DNA from: Leucoraja erinacea
Taxonomy: Eukaryota
Length of the DNA: 64,000 bases
Reading direction: 5' to 3'
NCBI RefSeq assembly: GCF_028641065.1
Contig: NC_073405.1
Location: 4,464,001 to 4,528,000 of the forward strand
Shown: piece after piece, positions 24,585 to 37,903 of the stretch
Numbering within the stretch: position 1 is the stretch's first letter
How the letters are laid out: every line of letters begins with the position of its first letter
Notes under the pieces: generated by a model
Told to the model about the DNA's origin: nothing
Seen by the model: only the letters and a program-made list of their open reading frames with translations
Databases searched by the model: none
Position numbers and translations under genes: made by a program

Positions 24585-25147
24585 CTAAAAGAAAAAGAAA
24601 ACACATTTTAGTGTCCGTCACATCTCTGGATTACTTGTATGAACATTTATTACCGTTAAAATGTTAAGATCCATTTGCAAACACTGATCTATATCAAGAA
24701 AATCATCATAGAACATAGTCGTACAGTACTTTGGCCCAACTTGTTCATGCCAAGCAAGATGCTGATCTATGCTTGTCCCATTTGTCAGTTTTTGTCCCAT
24801 GTCCCCCTAAACATTTGTCCATGTACCTGACTAAATGTCTTAAATGCAGTTATTGGTGTGGATGTTTGAGATTCACAATCAGACAAATACTAAAGTAGAA
24901 TTTAAATTGATTACAAAGAGCTTCAGCTAATTAACAGAAATTATTAATTTATAAGGCAGTTAACGTGCATTAACTGGACAATTCTGACTTCAATCCTAGG
25001 GTGTTGGTTCCAATTGTATGAAGGAATAGCTCAGTTTTATTGATTGCAGTTTGGTTTGCAGAACTGAACCATTCTATCAACTAGAGAGCGGTCCTGAGCT
25101 ACTATCTACGCATTGAAGACCCTTGGGCAATCTTTAATCGGGCTTTA

Positions 25148-25498
<351 letters not shown>

Positions 25499-25660
25499 TC
25501 AGAATCAAGGTTTAATTAGTGTCACAGATACTAAATGAATTAATGAACTAAACTCATTCATCATATACAATACCATGTACACGTACTGTACAACTCTGAA
25601 AATCTGCTAGCCAGCAATCCCGATGGTTCAGCATTTGGCTCATCATATTCCCTGATCATT

Positions 25661-25965
25661 CATAGAAACATAGAAATTAGGTGCAGGAGTAGGAGATTCG
25701 GCCCTTCGAGCCTGCACCGCCATTCAATATGATCATGGCTGATCATCCAACTCAGTATCCCGTACCTGCTTTCTCTCCATACCCTCTGATCCCCTTGGCC
25801 ACAAGGGCCACATCTAACTCCCTCTTAAATATAGCCAATGAACTGGCCTCGACTACCCTCTGCGGCAGAGAGTTCCAGAGATTCACCACTCTCTGTGTGA
25901 AAAAAGTTCTCATCTCGGTTTTAAAGGATTTCCCCCTTATCCTTAAGCTGTGACCCCTTGTCCTG
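25661..25965 (-). mobile_element. CR1/HER1-like 3' fragment
   Basis: Same terminus and tail as the copies at 12682 and 16950. Confidence 0.85.
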
Positions 25966-26282
25966 ATTCACACAATAACCTCACTGGGTTCTGTTACCTT
26001 AAAACCCAATGCGTTTACAGCAATATTATCGTGTAACATTTGAAACAAAGTAAATAGAGTGCGGTGGAGTATTAATATAACAGCAGCCGATAGTCTGGGG
26101 GTAAAATAAATCATCTAGTCCAGCACCAAAGTCCCAGGCGAGCTGGATTACAGGGGTTTTACTGTAGGCTGCATGTAGGACTATGTAGAAACATAGAAAA
26201 TAGGCGCAGGAGTAGGCCATTCGGCCCTTCGAGCCAGCACTGCCATTCAATACGATCATGGCTGATCATCCAAAATCAGTAT

Positions 26283-26459
26283 GCTCAAGAAGGAACTGCA
26301 GATGCTGGAAGATCGAAGGTACACAAAAATGCTGGAGAAACTCAGCGGGTGCAGCAGCATCTATGGAGCGAAGGAAGGGTTTCGGCCCGAAACGTCGCCT
26401 ATTTCCTTCGCTCCGTAGATGCTGCTGCACCCGCTGAGTTTCTCCAGCATTTTTGTGTA
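26283..26459. mobile_element. young palindromic Penelope-like-derived element nested in a CR1 3' end
   Basis: Near-perfect inverted arms of about 55 bp; perfect 16-bp TSD catccaaaatcagtat (26267-26282, 26460-26475). Confidence 0.85.
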
Positions 26460-27544
26460 CATCCAAAATCAGTATCCCATTTTGGCTTTTTCCACATATC
26501 CCTTGATTCCCTTAGCCCCAAGAGCTAAATCGATCTCTCTCTTGAACACATCCAGTGAATTGGCCTCCACTGCCTTCTTTCTGTTCATATTAAGCCGCTT
26601 AATTTGTTTATCCAAATATAAAGACAACTGTTTGTTCAATTTATGCATGTTAAAATTAATTAATATGGATCACTGATAGCTTTTATTGCATAAATTAATA
26701 GTATACTCAGCTAACTGTAAATGCTGGAAAAGTATGAAGATAAATGTTTTCAATATTTTCTCCATGCCACTTGTATATAATCACTTCCTAACATCTGTAA
26801 TACTTCATCCCAACAGTGGAACACAACTTCATATTTCAAAGATAACATGTGACAAATAGGATGATTTTTTTTTTAAAGATATAAAATAATTACGAGTAAT
26901 TGTAACTTGCTAAATGCAAGTAAACTTGAGTGACGATGCCTCCAACCACACTTGGCAATCACTGGCTGTCTTGTTAAACCAGCTCAGTCGTAAATAATGC
27001 AAAAGTTTACATTTTCTAATAGCTTTAGTTTTCATGGTCACTACAGCGATATGAATATTGTCACCGATCAGCTGCCATGGCTTTGCAATAATTGGAAAAG
27101 CAAAACTACGTTGGTTCCACCCAAAACACTGCTGTTTTGTGTGAAAGTAGTGACCTATTGATTTAATATAGAGATGCAATATGGTGTATTTAGCCAGTGC
27201 AGTCATTTGGTGTACAGTAAATATCATCAACAAAATGCACACAAGAACTGCAGATGCTGGTTTACAAAATATAACAGGGTGCTGGAGTAACTAAGCAGGT
27301 CATACAGCATCTCTGGAGAATATAGATAGGTGATGTTTCGGGTCGGGACCCTTCTTCGCCAGTCCATGTTCTCCAAGAGTTACTCCAGCATTTTCTACTC
27401 AATAGAAAATGGCTTGTTAGCAGTTGTGTATATTTAGTTGTTGTAATGACGCTGTGGTAGCTATTCGTTGGAAATATTACATAATTAAAACCATTCAGGA
27501 ATGATCCATTTAATGCAATTGATCATTAATTAAATTAATTAAAA

Positions 27545-28770
27545 CCAAACCCAGCCTGCCATAATGACTTTCGACCAGTGGCCCTAACACCCATTGTAAT
27601 GAAGTGTTTTGAGCGACTAGTTATGCAGCACATCAAAAATAGTCTACCTGCCGACCTAGACCCACTGCAGTTCGCCTACAGAGCCAACCGATCCACAGAG
27701 GACGCAGTCTCAACAACACTGAACCTCGTATTGTCACATCTCGATCGGAAAAATACCTATGCCAGGATCCTGTTCATAGACTTCAGCTCTGCTTTCAATA
27801 CAATCATTCCGCAGCAGCTGGTGGAGAAGTTGGAGCTATTGGGGGTTGATGCTGGCACATGCAACTGGGTCCTGAACTTTCTGTCGCAACTGCAGCAGAC
27901 AGTCAGGGTGGGCAGTAGGACATCAAAAACCATAGCCGTGAGCACTGGCTCACCCCAAGGCTGTGTCCTAAGCCCCCTTCTGTTTAGTCTGCTGACACAC
28001 GACTGTACTGCCAGACTCAATAACAACTTCATCAACAAGTTCGCTGATGACACAACAGTGGTGGGTCTCATCAGTGACAATGATGAATCGGCGTACAGGA
28101 TGGAGGTGGAGCTGCTCACAGGTTGGTGCAAATCCCACAACCTCATTCTTAACGTGGGAAAAACTAAGGAGATGGTGGTTGACTTCAGGAGGGCGGGGAA
28201 ACACACACCATACACCTCTGCACATCGACGGAGCTGATGTGGAAAGGGTCAGCAGCATGAAGTTTCCTAGGACTACATCTGTCTGATGACCTGACATATT
28301 GTCACCACTACAGCTCTGCCAAATGGCCCAGCAGCGACTAATTGGAAAAGCAAAACTACGTAAAGGTTCCCCCACTACACACCTACGGACTTTTTTAGGG
28401 GGACTGTGAAGAGTACATTGACCTACGGCTCATTCCTGGTTCGGGATTGCAAGGCGAGAACGGCAAACTAGACAGGATAGTAGCCAGTGCAGTTATTGGT
28501 GCTCCACTCCCCTTCCTGCTGACATATACAGGAAGAGATGTATCAGCAGAGCCATCTCCATCATCAAAGACCCTTACCAGATCGCATGACATTTTCTCCA
28601 TCCTGCCATCTGGGAAGAGGTACAGGAGCATTAGCTGCAAAACCAGCAGGATGCTCCTCAGCTTCTTCCCACAGGCTATAAGACTATAAATGGGTTTGCC
28701 CCCTGCCAAGTCGCGCACAAACCCCCACACTTCAGCAGAGCCAGTTGTGCCGCTGCTGGTCGGAATTTCT
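27545..28770 (+). mobile_element. Rex1/Babar-type LINE, 5'-truncated RT region
   Basis: ORF 27578-28237: RPVALT...DPLQFAYR...[12 protein letters not shown]...[13 protein letters not shown]...KFADDTT; frameshifted downstream. Confidence 0.92.
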
Positions 28771-28974
28771 GACTCAATAGAAAATGGCTTGTTAGCAGTT
28801 GTGTATATTTAGTTGTTGTAATGACGCTGTGGTAGCTATTCGTTGGAAATATTACATAATTAAAACCATACAGGAATGATCCATTTAATGCAATTGGGAC
28901 CACTTTTATGCAATGAAATGCTCGTGCAAACTAAACAATGACAACTGGTTCATTAAAGATTGTCAAACACTTAC

Positions 28975-29183
28975 TTCAGGCACGTGGAGATGAATATGGG
29001 AGTAAGTCAGGAAATCATTGGTAGGATCTTTCTGCATGAGGAAGGACCTGGCAAAGGTATAGGCAATTTTGGCACTTTCCTTCATCACGTCCCCCAGCTG
29101 ACCAGTCACTTCAAGTGAACCATCTTTACTTTCTTTGTCTCTTGGTCGACGAAGAGACGTTTCCACAAAGAGAGTAGAACCAC
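28975..29183 (-). CDS. LONP1: Lon protease 1, exon 16
   Basis: [12 protein letters not shown]...[28 protein letters not shown]...HIHLHVPE; 209 nt, phases 1/0. Confidence 0.97.
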
Positions 29184-29676
29184 CTGATTGAAGATTATGA
29201 AGTACAATTAAGTTAAGAAGTTTATTTTTATATTTTCTCCCTAGATCCTCTTGACTAATTATGTAAAGATAGGCCAGACGGCATCAGTTCCAATGAAAGG
29301 TTGTTACCTGTTCCTCTCTCCATCTACACTACCGAACCTGCTGAGTAGTTCTTGCATTTTCTGTTATTGTATTAGAAATGAATAAACTTTACAGGTGTGA
29401 TTCCTACGGTTTCAACATCTTCATGTATTAATTCAATACTTGTGCCTGTGAAACGGAGGCATCAATTCCCTAATCCACCTCCTCCTGCTAGGATCAAGAA
29501 CAACTTGCTTCCTCGCAGGCTATATGGGTTCTGAGCTTCTGACTGCAGGAATTGTGATCTTTCTATCCCTTACACAGAGCTTCCAGTGTTCCCAGAAACA
29601 GTTCAGTACCATCTGGAATGACCTTTGCCCACTTGGGGAGGACATGGGACAGATATCTTGGAACCAATGGAGACCT

Positions 29677-29876
29677 ACGTGGGGTTTTCCCCGGGAGCTC
29701 CGGTTTCCTCTCACACTCCAAAGACGTACAGGTTTGTATGTTAATTGGCTTGGTAAAATTGGAAATTGTCCCTAGTGTGTGTAGGATAGTGTTAGTGTGA
29801 GGGAATCGCTGATCGGCGTAGACTCAGTAGGCTGAAGGGCCTGTTTCCATACTGTATTTCTAAACTGAACTAAACT
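29677..29876 (+). mobile_element. V-SINE (HE1-like), 5'-truncated
   Basis: V-domain and gaagggcctgtttcc...(taaac)n tail. Confidence 0.8.
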
Positions 29877-30696
29877 TTGAGGTCCGGATCTTCAAAGACT
29901 TTTTCCCTTGTCAAGCAAACAATAGATGTACTGGGACATAGAAAGCAGTGGTGAATTTTATCATCCACGTATGCCTTTGTTGAGAGATGGTTCCCCACAT
30001 ATGCAGTGATCCACATTTACAGAGTCTCTGGTTAGAGAAATAGGAATGGTCAGACCATGGTTGAAAATTACCAAGATGAAAGACACAAAATGCTGGAGTT
30101 TGCATCCCTGGAGGTGACATTTCAGGTCGAGACCCTTCTTCAGGCCAATAAAATAAATCTTCAAAAGATTGTTGGTAGCCTTGCAACCATTTTCATTTTA
30201 GACAGCCCATCAAGTCTGCTCCGTCATTCAATCATGGCTGATCTATCTCTCCCTCCTAGCCCTATTTTCCTGCCTTCTCTCCATCACCCGACACCCGTAC
30301 TAATCTACTAGCCATCTAGGCCATAAAAATATGCATTAACTTGGCCTCTACAGCCTTCTGTGGCTAGGAAATCCAGATATCCACCATCCCCTTTTACTGA
30401 AGACATTCCTACTCATCTCTTCTATCTCAGCATAGAGATTTCTAAAGGATTTAGTGAATTTGGTTAAAAGACAATTCAGTTTTGGACTGGCTCCAATTTG
30501 AGTATTGTGCAAAATAGACAGGATAGGAGAAACACAAGCTTAGTGAGGTCTGGAGGTAATAAGTGTGTACAGTGGTATCTCAGAAAAAGGGATGAAGCAA
30601 GGGTAAAGACAAACAACATTGACGATTTGAGAATTAGCAGGAATGTTTATGCCCTCGTTACGAATGATTTCCAAATTGTAAAGCTCATCCACTTAC

Positions 30697-30862
30697 CCAT
30701 AGCTGTCCAAGCTAAACCCATTACAACTCCTGAGGGGGTGACATCATACATCCGCTCCACTGTGAAGATGGGTTTCCCAACAAAATCCTGAAGGTTCTCT
30801 GGTGTTGCCACTACCTTGTCCATCTCTTTGTGTACGATCTTATACGCAGCCTTGCGGAGTAC
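30697..30862 (-). CDS. LONP1: Lon protease 1, exon 15
   Basis: [10 protein letters not shown]...[30 protein letters not shown]; 166 nt. Confidence 0.97.
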
Positions 30863-31204
30863 CTGCAGAACAGTAATACTGTCATTTGTACCTGCAGAGA
30901 TCCACCAAAATTATTAAAATGGAAAATGAAATGCAAGTGATTGCAAGCAATGCACGAAAACTTTAAAAAACGAACTCGGAGAAATCTCATGTAAAATCAC
31001 ACTAATTGAACAGAGCAAAGGACAGCAATATGGTCACGGTTTTATTTCCATTAGTTGTCCACGTGGAGGGCAGGATATAAAATTCAGATGTTGAAGTTGG
31101 TCATAGAAATAGGAATGGGAAAGACCATGGTTGAAAATACTGCTGGAGAAACCCGTTTATCGACTTGTATTTGCATTTATGGAGAGATGCATTTTAACCT
31201 CCTG

Positions 31205-31370
31205 TGCAGGAAAGAACTGCAGATACTGTTTTAAATCGAAGGTAGACACAAAATGCTGGAGTAACTCATCGGGACAGGCAGCATCTCTGGAGAGATGAAT
31301 TGGGTGACGTTTAGGATCGAGACCCTTGAAGGGGTCCCGCTGAGTTACTCCAGCATTTTGTGTCGACCTT
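31205..31370. mobile_element. palindromic Penelope-like-derived short repeat
   Basis: Family arms; imperfect 15-bp TSD cattttaacctcctg / cattttaactttctg. Confidence 0.75.
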
Positions 31371-31639
31371 CATTTTAACTTTCTGGTACAGCTGGATCAC
31401 CGTAGTGGTCATGAAAACACAAACCTCCTCTTTTATATCTTAGTTAATACAGGATAACAAATAGAGGAAATATAATATGTCTCAAAATAATGTCTAATCC
31501 TATGTCCTATCTAGCATGGTCGAAAATAAGATAGCAAAATGTTTACAATTCAGATTTTTGTTTATTTAATAATTCTTGGTTCTTGGTCCTCCAAAATATT
31601 CCAAATGGAATTTAAACTGGAGGTGGTACCTCATGGTGG

Positions 31640-31952
31640 GACCCCATCTCCCCCACACCTCTCTCCCCCACACCTCTCCATCTCCTCACCCCTCTCCTCC
31701 CCCTCCCATCTCTCCCTCCGCCCCCTTCCCCCTACCGCTCGGTCCCTCTTCCACCTCTCCCCCTACCTCCCCATTCTTCCACTTCTCGCCCACTTACCCC
31801 ACCCCTCTCTCCACCTCCCCACCCCTCTCAACCCCCACCCCTCCCCCTCTCAACTCCCCACACCCTTACCCCTCTGTCCCTCCCCCACCACTCTTCCACC
31901 CCTATACCCCCCCCCCCCCCCCTCTCTCCCTCTCTCCCCCATCCCCCTCTCC
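31640..31952. repeat. C/T-rich low-complexity tract
   Basis: Almost purely CCCT/CCCA runs. Confidence 0.9.
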
Positions 31953-32216
31953 CTGCGGTCATACACAATAATAATAAATAACAAAACATACAATAAACAC
32001 AAATTAACATCCACCACAGTGAGTTCACCAAGCACCTCCTCACTGTTGTGGAGGCAAAAGTCTTAGTCTCCGTCTCTTCCCTCCTTGTTCTCCCTGCGCT
32101 GAGGCGACCCAGGCCGAAGATGCCGCCCTCCAGTCCAGCGGACCTCCAAAGTGATGTCGCCGCAGCCTCAGCTCCGATTCGGGCCGTTGCCGAAAGTCGG
32201 AATGCCGTCTCCACTC
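31953..32216 (-). mobile_element. GC-rich non-autonomous retroelement fragment (same family as 45735-46600)
   Basis: Reverse complement matches 46300-46545 (gagggaagagacggagactaagact...ggtgaactcactgtggtggatgt). Confidence 0.8.
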
Positions 32217-32365
32217 CGAGTCATTATATTTCATTGATATTTTTATGACATACAGACAATTTTAATCACGGTTGGGGTTACTTTGCATGTACGTACAAGT
32301 ACAATGTCATCTTTTGGCTCTCCTCCATGTTGGAATGCTTATATCACTCATCATAATGCACTTAC

Positions 32366-32506
32366 CTTTTCCACTTGTTTTTGCAGATTGCGAACCCCAC
32401 TCTCCCTGCAGTACTGTTTGATCAGAATCGTTAGTGCTTCAGGGGTGATATGTGCCTTCTCATTATCCAGCCCACAGCTAGTCATCGCTTGAGGAACGAG
32501 ATAGCG
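32366..32506 (-). CDS. LONP1: Lon protease 1, exon 14
   Basis: RYLVPQA...[20 protein letters not shown]; 141 nt. Confidence 0.97.
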
Positions 32507-32764
32507 CTGCAATAAGAATCCAGGTTTACCATCTTAAAGCCATGCATCTGTGTAGTACCGTATGTGATCAGGATGTTTCAAACAGCAAAAGACAACAGCA
32601 CAGTCAGTTTTATTTCCTGTAGACATAACACAGAAATTAATCTGTGCACAGCAAGGAAGCATTTATAGCTGAAATATGGAAGTGGGATTCTAACTTATGA
32701 ATCTGTACCACAGAAGCCAAAAGAATGTAATACAATAGTTAAAATGTGAACATAGATGAAATCT

Positions 32765-32986
32765 TTGTTTAGTTTAGTTTAGAGATACTGAGTGGAAACG
32801 GGCCCTTTGGCCCAGAGTCCGCGCGACCAGCGATCCCTGCACACTTACACTATCCTACACACACTAAGGAGAATTTACAAATATACCAAGCCAATTTAAC
32901 CTACAAACCTGTTCACCTTTGGAGTGTGTGAAGAAAATCGGGGATCCCTGAGAAAATCCATGCAGGTCACAGGGAGAATGTATAAA
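32765..32986 (-). mobile_element. V-SINE (HE1-like), minus orientation
   Basis: (gttta)n tail followed by the reverse complement of the SINE body. Confidence 0.8.
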
Positions 32987-33129
32987 CATCTTCACTTATA
33001 TTCCATATAACGTGGGTACCATTAACATTTGGACTTCCTGTGTCCACAGTTCAATGCAAATTCTTGAATTATGACATACACCTCATTTTTATAGAAACAT
33101 GTAACGTTTTTTTTCCCTCTTGCTATCTA

Positions 33130-33264
<135 letters not shown>

Positions 33265-33855
33265 CTATCAAATTTAAGAGACACACCGTTAGAACGAGAC
33301 GAGGAAACAGTTTTTCTCTCAGAGAGTTGTGAGTCTGTGGAATTCTCTGCCTCAGAGGGCGGTGGAGGCAGGTTCTCTGGATGCTTTCATGAGAGAGCTA
33401 GATCGGGCTCTTAAAATTAGCGGAGTCAGGGGATATGGGGAGAAGGCAGGATTGGGGATGATCAGCCATGATCACATTGAATGGCGGTGCTGGTTCAAAG
33501 GGCCAAATGGCCTACTCCTGCACCTATTGTCTATTCGAAGAATACATAAATATATTTTCTTCCTCCAATCCCAAGAGACTCAATTCTCGCTGAACACTGC
33601 ATTACAGGAGTGAGCTAGTCGGAGACAAACGTGTGTCACTTTAACCCTGGGCGACAACTGCCCGATCCCTGTGAATCCCAGACAAATATGTCTTGGTGCC
33701 TAGCACGTGGACTGGATGCAGCCTGCAGCAGCACAGAGTGGGAGGCTTCATTAGGCCAGACCAGGCACTTTGCATTAATTTCCATTTTTCCAGCTAGTAC
33801 GGTATTTTGCCTCTGGAATTGCAAGGCTGAAACAGCAAGGAAACCTAAAACCTAC

Positions 33856-33978
33856 CTTTGACAAATCGACTGGCACGTCAAGGTAATGGTCCAAAAAGTT
33901 AAAATTCTGCTCTGGATCAAGAAGTTCCAGGAGAGCTGACGATGGATCCCCTTGATAACCACGACCAATTTTATCAAT
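33856..33978 (-). CDS. LONP1: Lon protease 1, exon 12
   Basis: [41 protein letters not shown]; 123 nt. Confidence 0.98.
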
Positions 33979-34149
33979 CTGTAGAAAATGTGGATAAATG
34001 ATTGGTGTGATCAGAAATGTAACTTCTCTTCACACTACTTAACTAGCTTATAGTACTGTCCCGTAATGAAAATAGTGCTTTTGCAACTGAAAATTAACAA
34101 AAAACAATTGAATAATTGGAAATTCTGAATACAGATGAAAAGGAATTTA

Positions 34150-34410
<261 letters not shown>

Positions 34411-34506
34411 TTAAAGAATTAAATACGGGTAAAAATGAATTATGCTACAGATAGAATACGATTGCTCTGAAATAGATTTAATGGGTCAAAATGGCCTCCT
34501 CCAATT

Positions 34507-34797
34507 GGGTGGCACAGTGGTAGATTTGCTGCCTTAGAGCACTAGAGCCCCGGGTTTGATCCTGACTACGGGTGCTGTCTGTACGGAGATGGTACATTCT
34601 CCCCGTGATCTGCGTGGGTTTTCTCTGGGATTCTCAGTTTTCTCACACACTCCAAAGACGTGCAGGCTTGTAGATTAATCAGCTTCAGTAAAAATTGCAA
34701 ATTGTCCCTAGTGTGCAGGATAGTGTGCGTGTGCAGGGATCGCTGGACGGCGTGGACTCAGTGGGCTGAAGGGCCTGTTTCCGCGTGGTAAACTAAA
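34507..34797 (+). mobile_element. V-SINE (HE1-like), near full length
   Basis: tRNA-like head with B-box-like gggtttgatcc, V-domain, CR1-like tail. Confidence 0.85.
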
Positions 34798-35558
34798 TAC
34801 GTGTAGGATGCTGAAGGCGGCTTTTGGCACGCTTGCCTTCATTGGAGGGTATTGTATACAGAGCTTGGGATCTTAAGTTATCACTACAAGACATTGGTAA
34901 GCCCACATAAGGCGGACTATATACAGTTCCAATCACCCTGCTCTAGGAAGGATGTCCTTCAACTGGAAAGGGTACAAAAGTGATTTTCCAGAATGTTACG
35001 GATCTGAAGGGTTTGAGTAAAATCCACCATTAAGTCATGCAGTCATTGGATGATCAGCCATGATCATATTGAATGGCGGTGCAGGCTCGAAGGGCCGAAT
35101 GGCCTACTCCTGCACCTATTTTCTGTGCTTCTAAGCTTGTTTATTTAATGCATTAATAAATTCTACCATCAGTAATAATCTTAAGAAAAACTATTTTGCT
35201 GCATCAACCCTTACCATAAACAGTAACAATCTTAAAATGCTAACTCTACTCCACCATCAGTTTCCATATCCCATAATGTGATATATTCAGTTCTTATTTT
35301 GAATGAGTTTGCAGTTTCTGACACCATGTGGTCCTCTTAAACAATTACAGGTTATATTTCGTTCATATAGCACTAGTGAACTAGATTTGATGGATAGAAT
35401 CCATTTTTGAATCCACAAGTAACTCAGTGATGTAAAACACTATGTTTTGTTGTGGTTAAAAGACTTGCTAGTGCTTTAAGAAGTCCACTAGAATGGCATT
35501 CAAATCCAAATTAAGTCTACTCAAGATTGAACACAAATCACAAAAACAGCTGTCATCA

Positions 35559-35804
<246 letters not shown>

Positions 35805-36021
35805 TCACAGAAAATATGAAAGTTACAAAATCAAGCAAAAGATCACAGCCAAATGGGATCCCAATGAAAGTTTTTTTTTTTAAAAAGCATTGTTAAAGAG
35901 ATCCATATTTAGCAACTTCTGCAACAAGATCACGTGGCTTCCACTACAAGTCCAGCATCAGGATTAAAGTATTACCCAGACTAAAACCAGAAGAGGCAAG
36001 GCTACTTTAAAAAGGCATCAG

Positions 36022-36632
36022 TAGGCAATAGGTGCAGGAGTAGGCCATTCAAGCCAGCACCGCCATTCAATGTGATCATGGCTGATCATCCCCAATCAGT
36101 ACCCCGTTCCTGCCTTCCCCCCATATCCCCTGACTCCGCTATCTTTAAGAGACCTATCTAGCTCTCTTGAAAGTTTCCAGAGAACCGGCCTCCACCGCCC
36201 AAGAGGCAGAGAATTCCACAGACTCACCAGTCTCTGTGGGGGGAAAAAGTGTTTCCACATCCCCATTCTAAATGCTTATGCCTTATTCTTAAACTGTTGC
36301 CCCTGGTTCTGGACTCCCCCCAACATAGGGAACATGTTTCCTGCCTCTAGCATGTCCAAACCCTTAATGAGCTTATGTTTCAATAAGATCCCTTCTCATC
36401 CTAAATTCCAGAGTATACAAGCCCAGTCGCTCCATTCTCTCAGCATATGACAGTCCCACCATCCCGGGAATTAACCTTGTGAACCTACGCTGCACTCCCT
36501 CAATAGCAAGAACGTCGTTCCTCAAATTTGGAGACCACAATTGCACACAATACTCCAGGTGTGGTCTCACTAGGGCCCTGTACAACTGCAGAACGACCTA
36601 TTTGCTCCTATGCTCAACTCCTCTTGTTATGA
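36022..36632 (-). mobile_element. CR1-clade LINE 3' fragment
   Basis: YRALVRPHLEYCVQLWSP...EGVQRRFTRLIPG on minus. Confidence 0.9.
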
Positions 36633-36683
36633 GCCATTAATTATGCGCCATTAATCATTGACAATAAATGATGGACTCTTTGG

Positions 36684-36890
36684 ATTGTCACCTTGTCGTG
36701 GTGGAGAAACTTGTGTGGACCTGAGATCCTGGAAGCGATGCTGTCTGGAGCTATGCTCCTGGTGGGGCCACCCATGGCGGTAAGGTTGAGGGGGAGGACT
36801 CTGACAAAGAGCAATCCAACCAAGACCTCAATGGTGGAACAGGCGGAGGACGATGGCTGACCTTAGTGGAGCGTCACAATGGCTGGGAAG
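36684..36890 (+). mobile_element. RTE-clade LINE 5'-UTR-like fragment
   Basis: caccttgtcgtggtgg...gagctatgc...gggccaccca..ggcgg...ctgacaaa resembles the recalled BovB/RTE 5' region. Confidence 0.55.
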
Positions 36891-36971
36891 GCTACAAATC
36901 TGTAAGTAATTTACATATAGATGGTCGACCCCTAAATATGGTCGATCAGCAAACCTGTAGAGTTCTCATAC

Positions 36972-37110
36972 CAGGATGCGTTTTTTGACCTCTTCCATGC
37001 CATAATGGTCTTCTTCCAGCACCTCCCGTGCACGTTTCAGACCCACATTTTCTTCACTGCATATTCCCCAAGGCATTGTTGTCAACCAGTCCAAGTAATT
37101 TCGAGTCACA
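36972..37110 (-). CDS. LONP1: Lon protease 1, exon 9
   Basis: [15 protein letters not shown]...[17 protein letters not shown]; 139 nt. Confidence 0.98.
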
Positions 37111-37903
37111 CTGAAGCAGATGAAGTGAAAACAGAATGTCAGCAAGGGCACAAATAATTTTTTAATTGTTTGATTCTGATTATACGACAAGATATTTTCG
37201 AATTTTATTTTTTTAAAGTAGATAGCTTGTTGAATTGAATATTGCATTGATTTGTAATTATTGAAGCCTCATACAGCATAATGTACAGCAGGGCTTTAAG
37301 CTGTAATTGCAAATTTAAAGTTTGCAAACTAATATCTTGAAAATTTTCCAGCATTCTACAGTGCATCAAAAGTATTAAATGGGTTACATAAGATGAAAAC
37401 AACACTTCTGCAAGCTTCCAGCAAGCATATTTATATTACAGCGCAATGAAGATTCAAATTGACAAGCAATATTAATTTGCATTTGTAACTGATCTAATGT
37501 CATGATTAATAGTAAATTTCAACTGCCATACAATACAGTTACAATGCAAAACCAGTATAGCTGCAAGCAAACTAAATGCCACAATATAATCTTGAAAGAA
37601 TGATCTGGTCATTATCGAATCACATTCAGCCGCCCATGTGTATATTTTTGATTTCCCTACAAAGTACATTTCCATTACTATCTTTCACTTCAGTGTCCAG
37701 GAATTGGGAAATAGGGCCATCAATTAAACAGCATACTGGATCTCTCAGAATTTGAGTGACGGTGGTCAAGGAATTCCTAGCAATCTGAATGTGATGAGAT
37801 CAACCTGACATTGCAATGCGATTTAAATGAAATGGTAAACAATTTACCAACTAGTTCACACAACTTCAGAAATCTCCTTTAAACTTTCTCCCTCTCCTAC
37901 CAT

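Noticed and set aside
27578-28237. Intact reverse transcriptase gene or domesticated RT
   Set aside because: 5'-truncated, no ATG start, frameshifted after the thumb region; an ordinary dead LINE copy
31539-32066. Pro/Ser-rich ORFs (also 52261-53722)
   Set aside because: Products of low-complexity C-rich DNA that lacks stop codons
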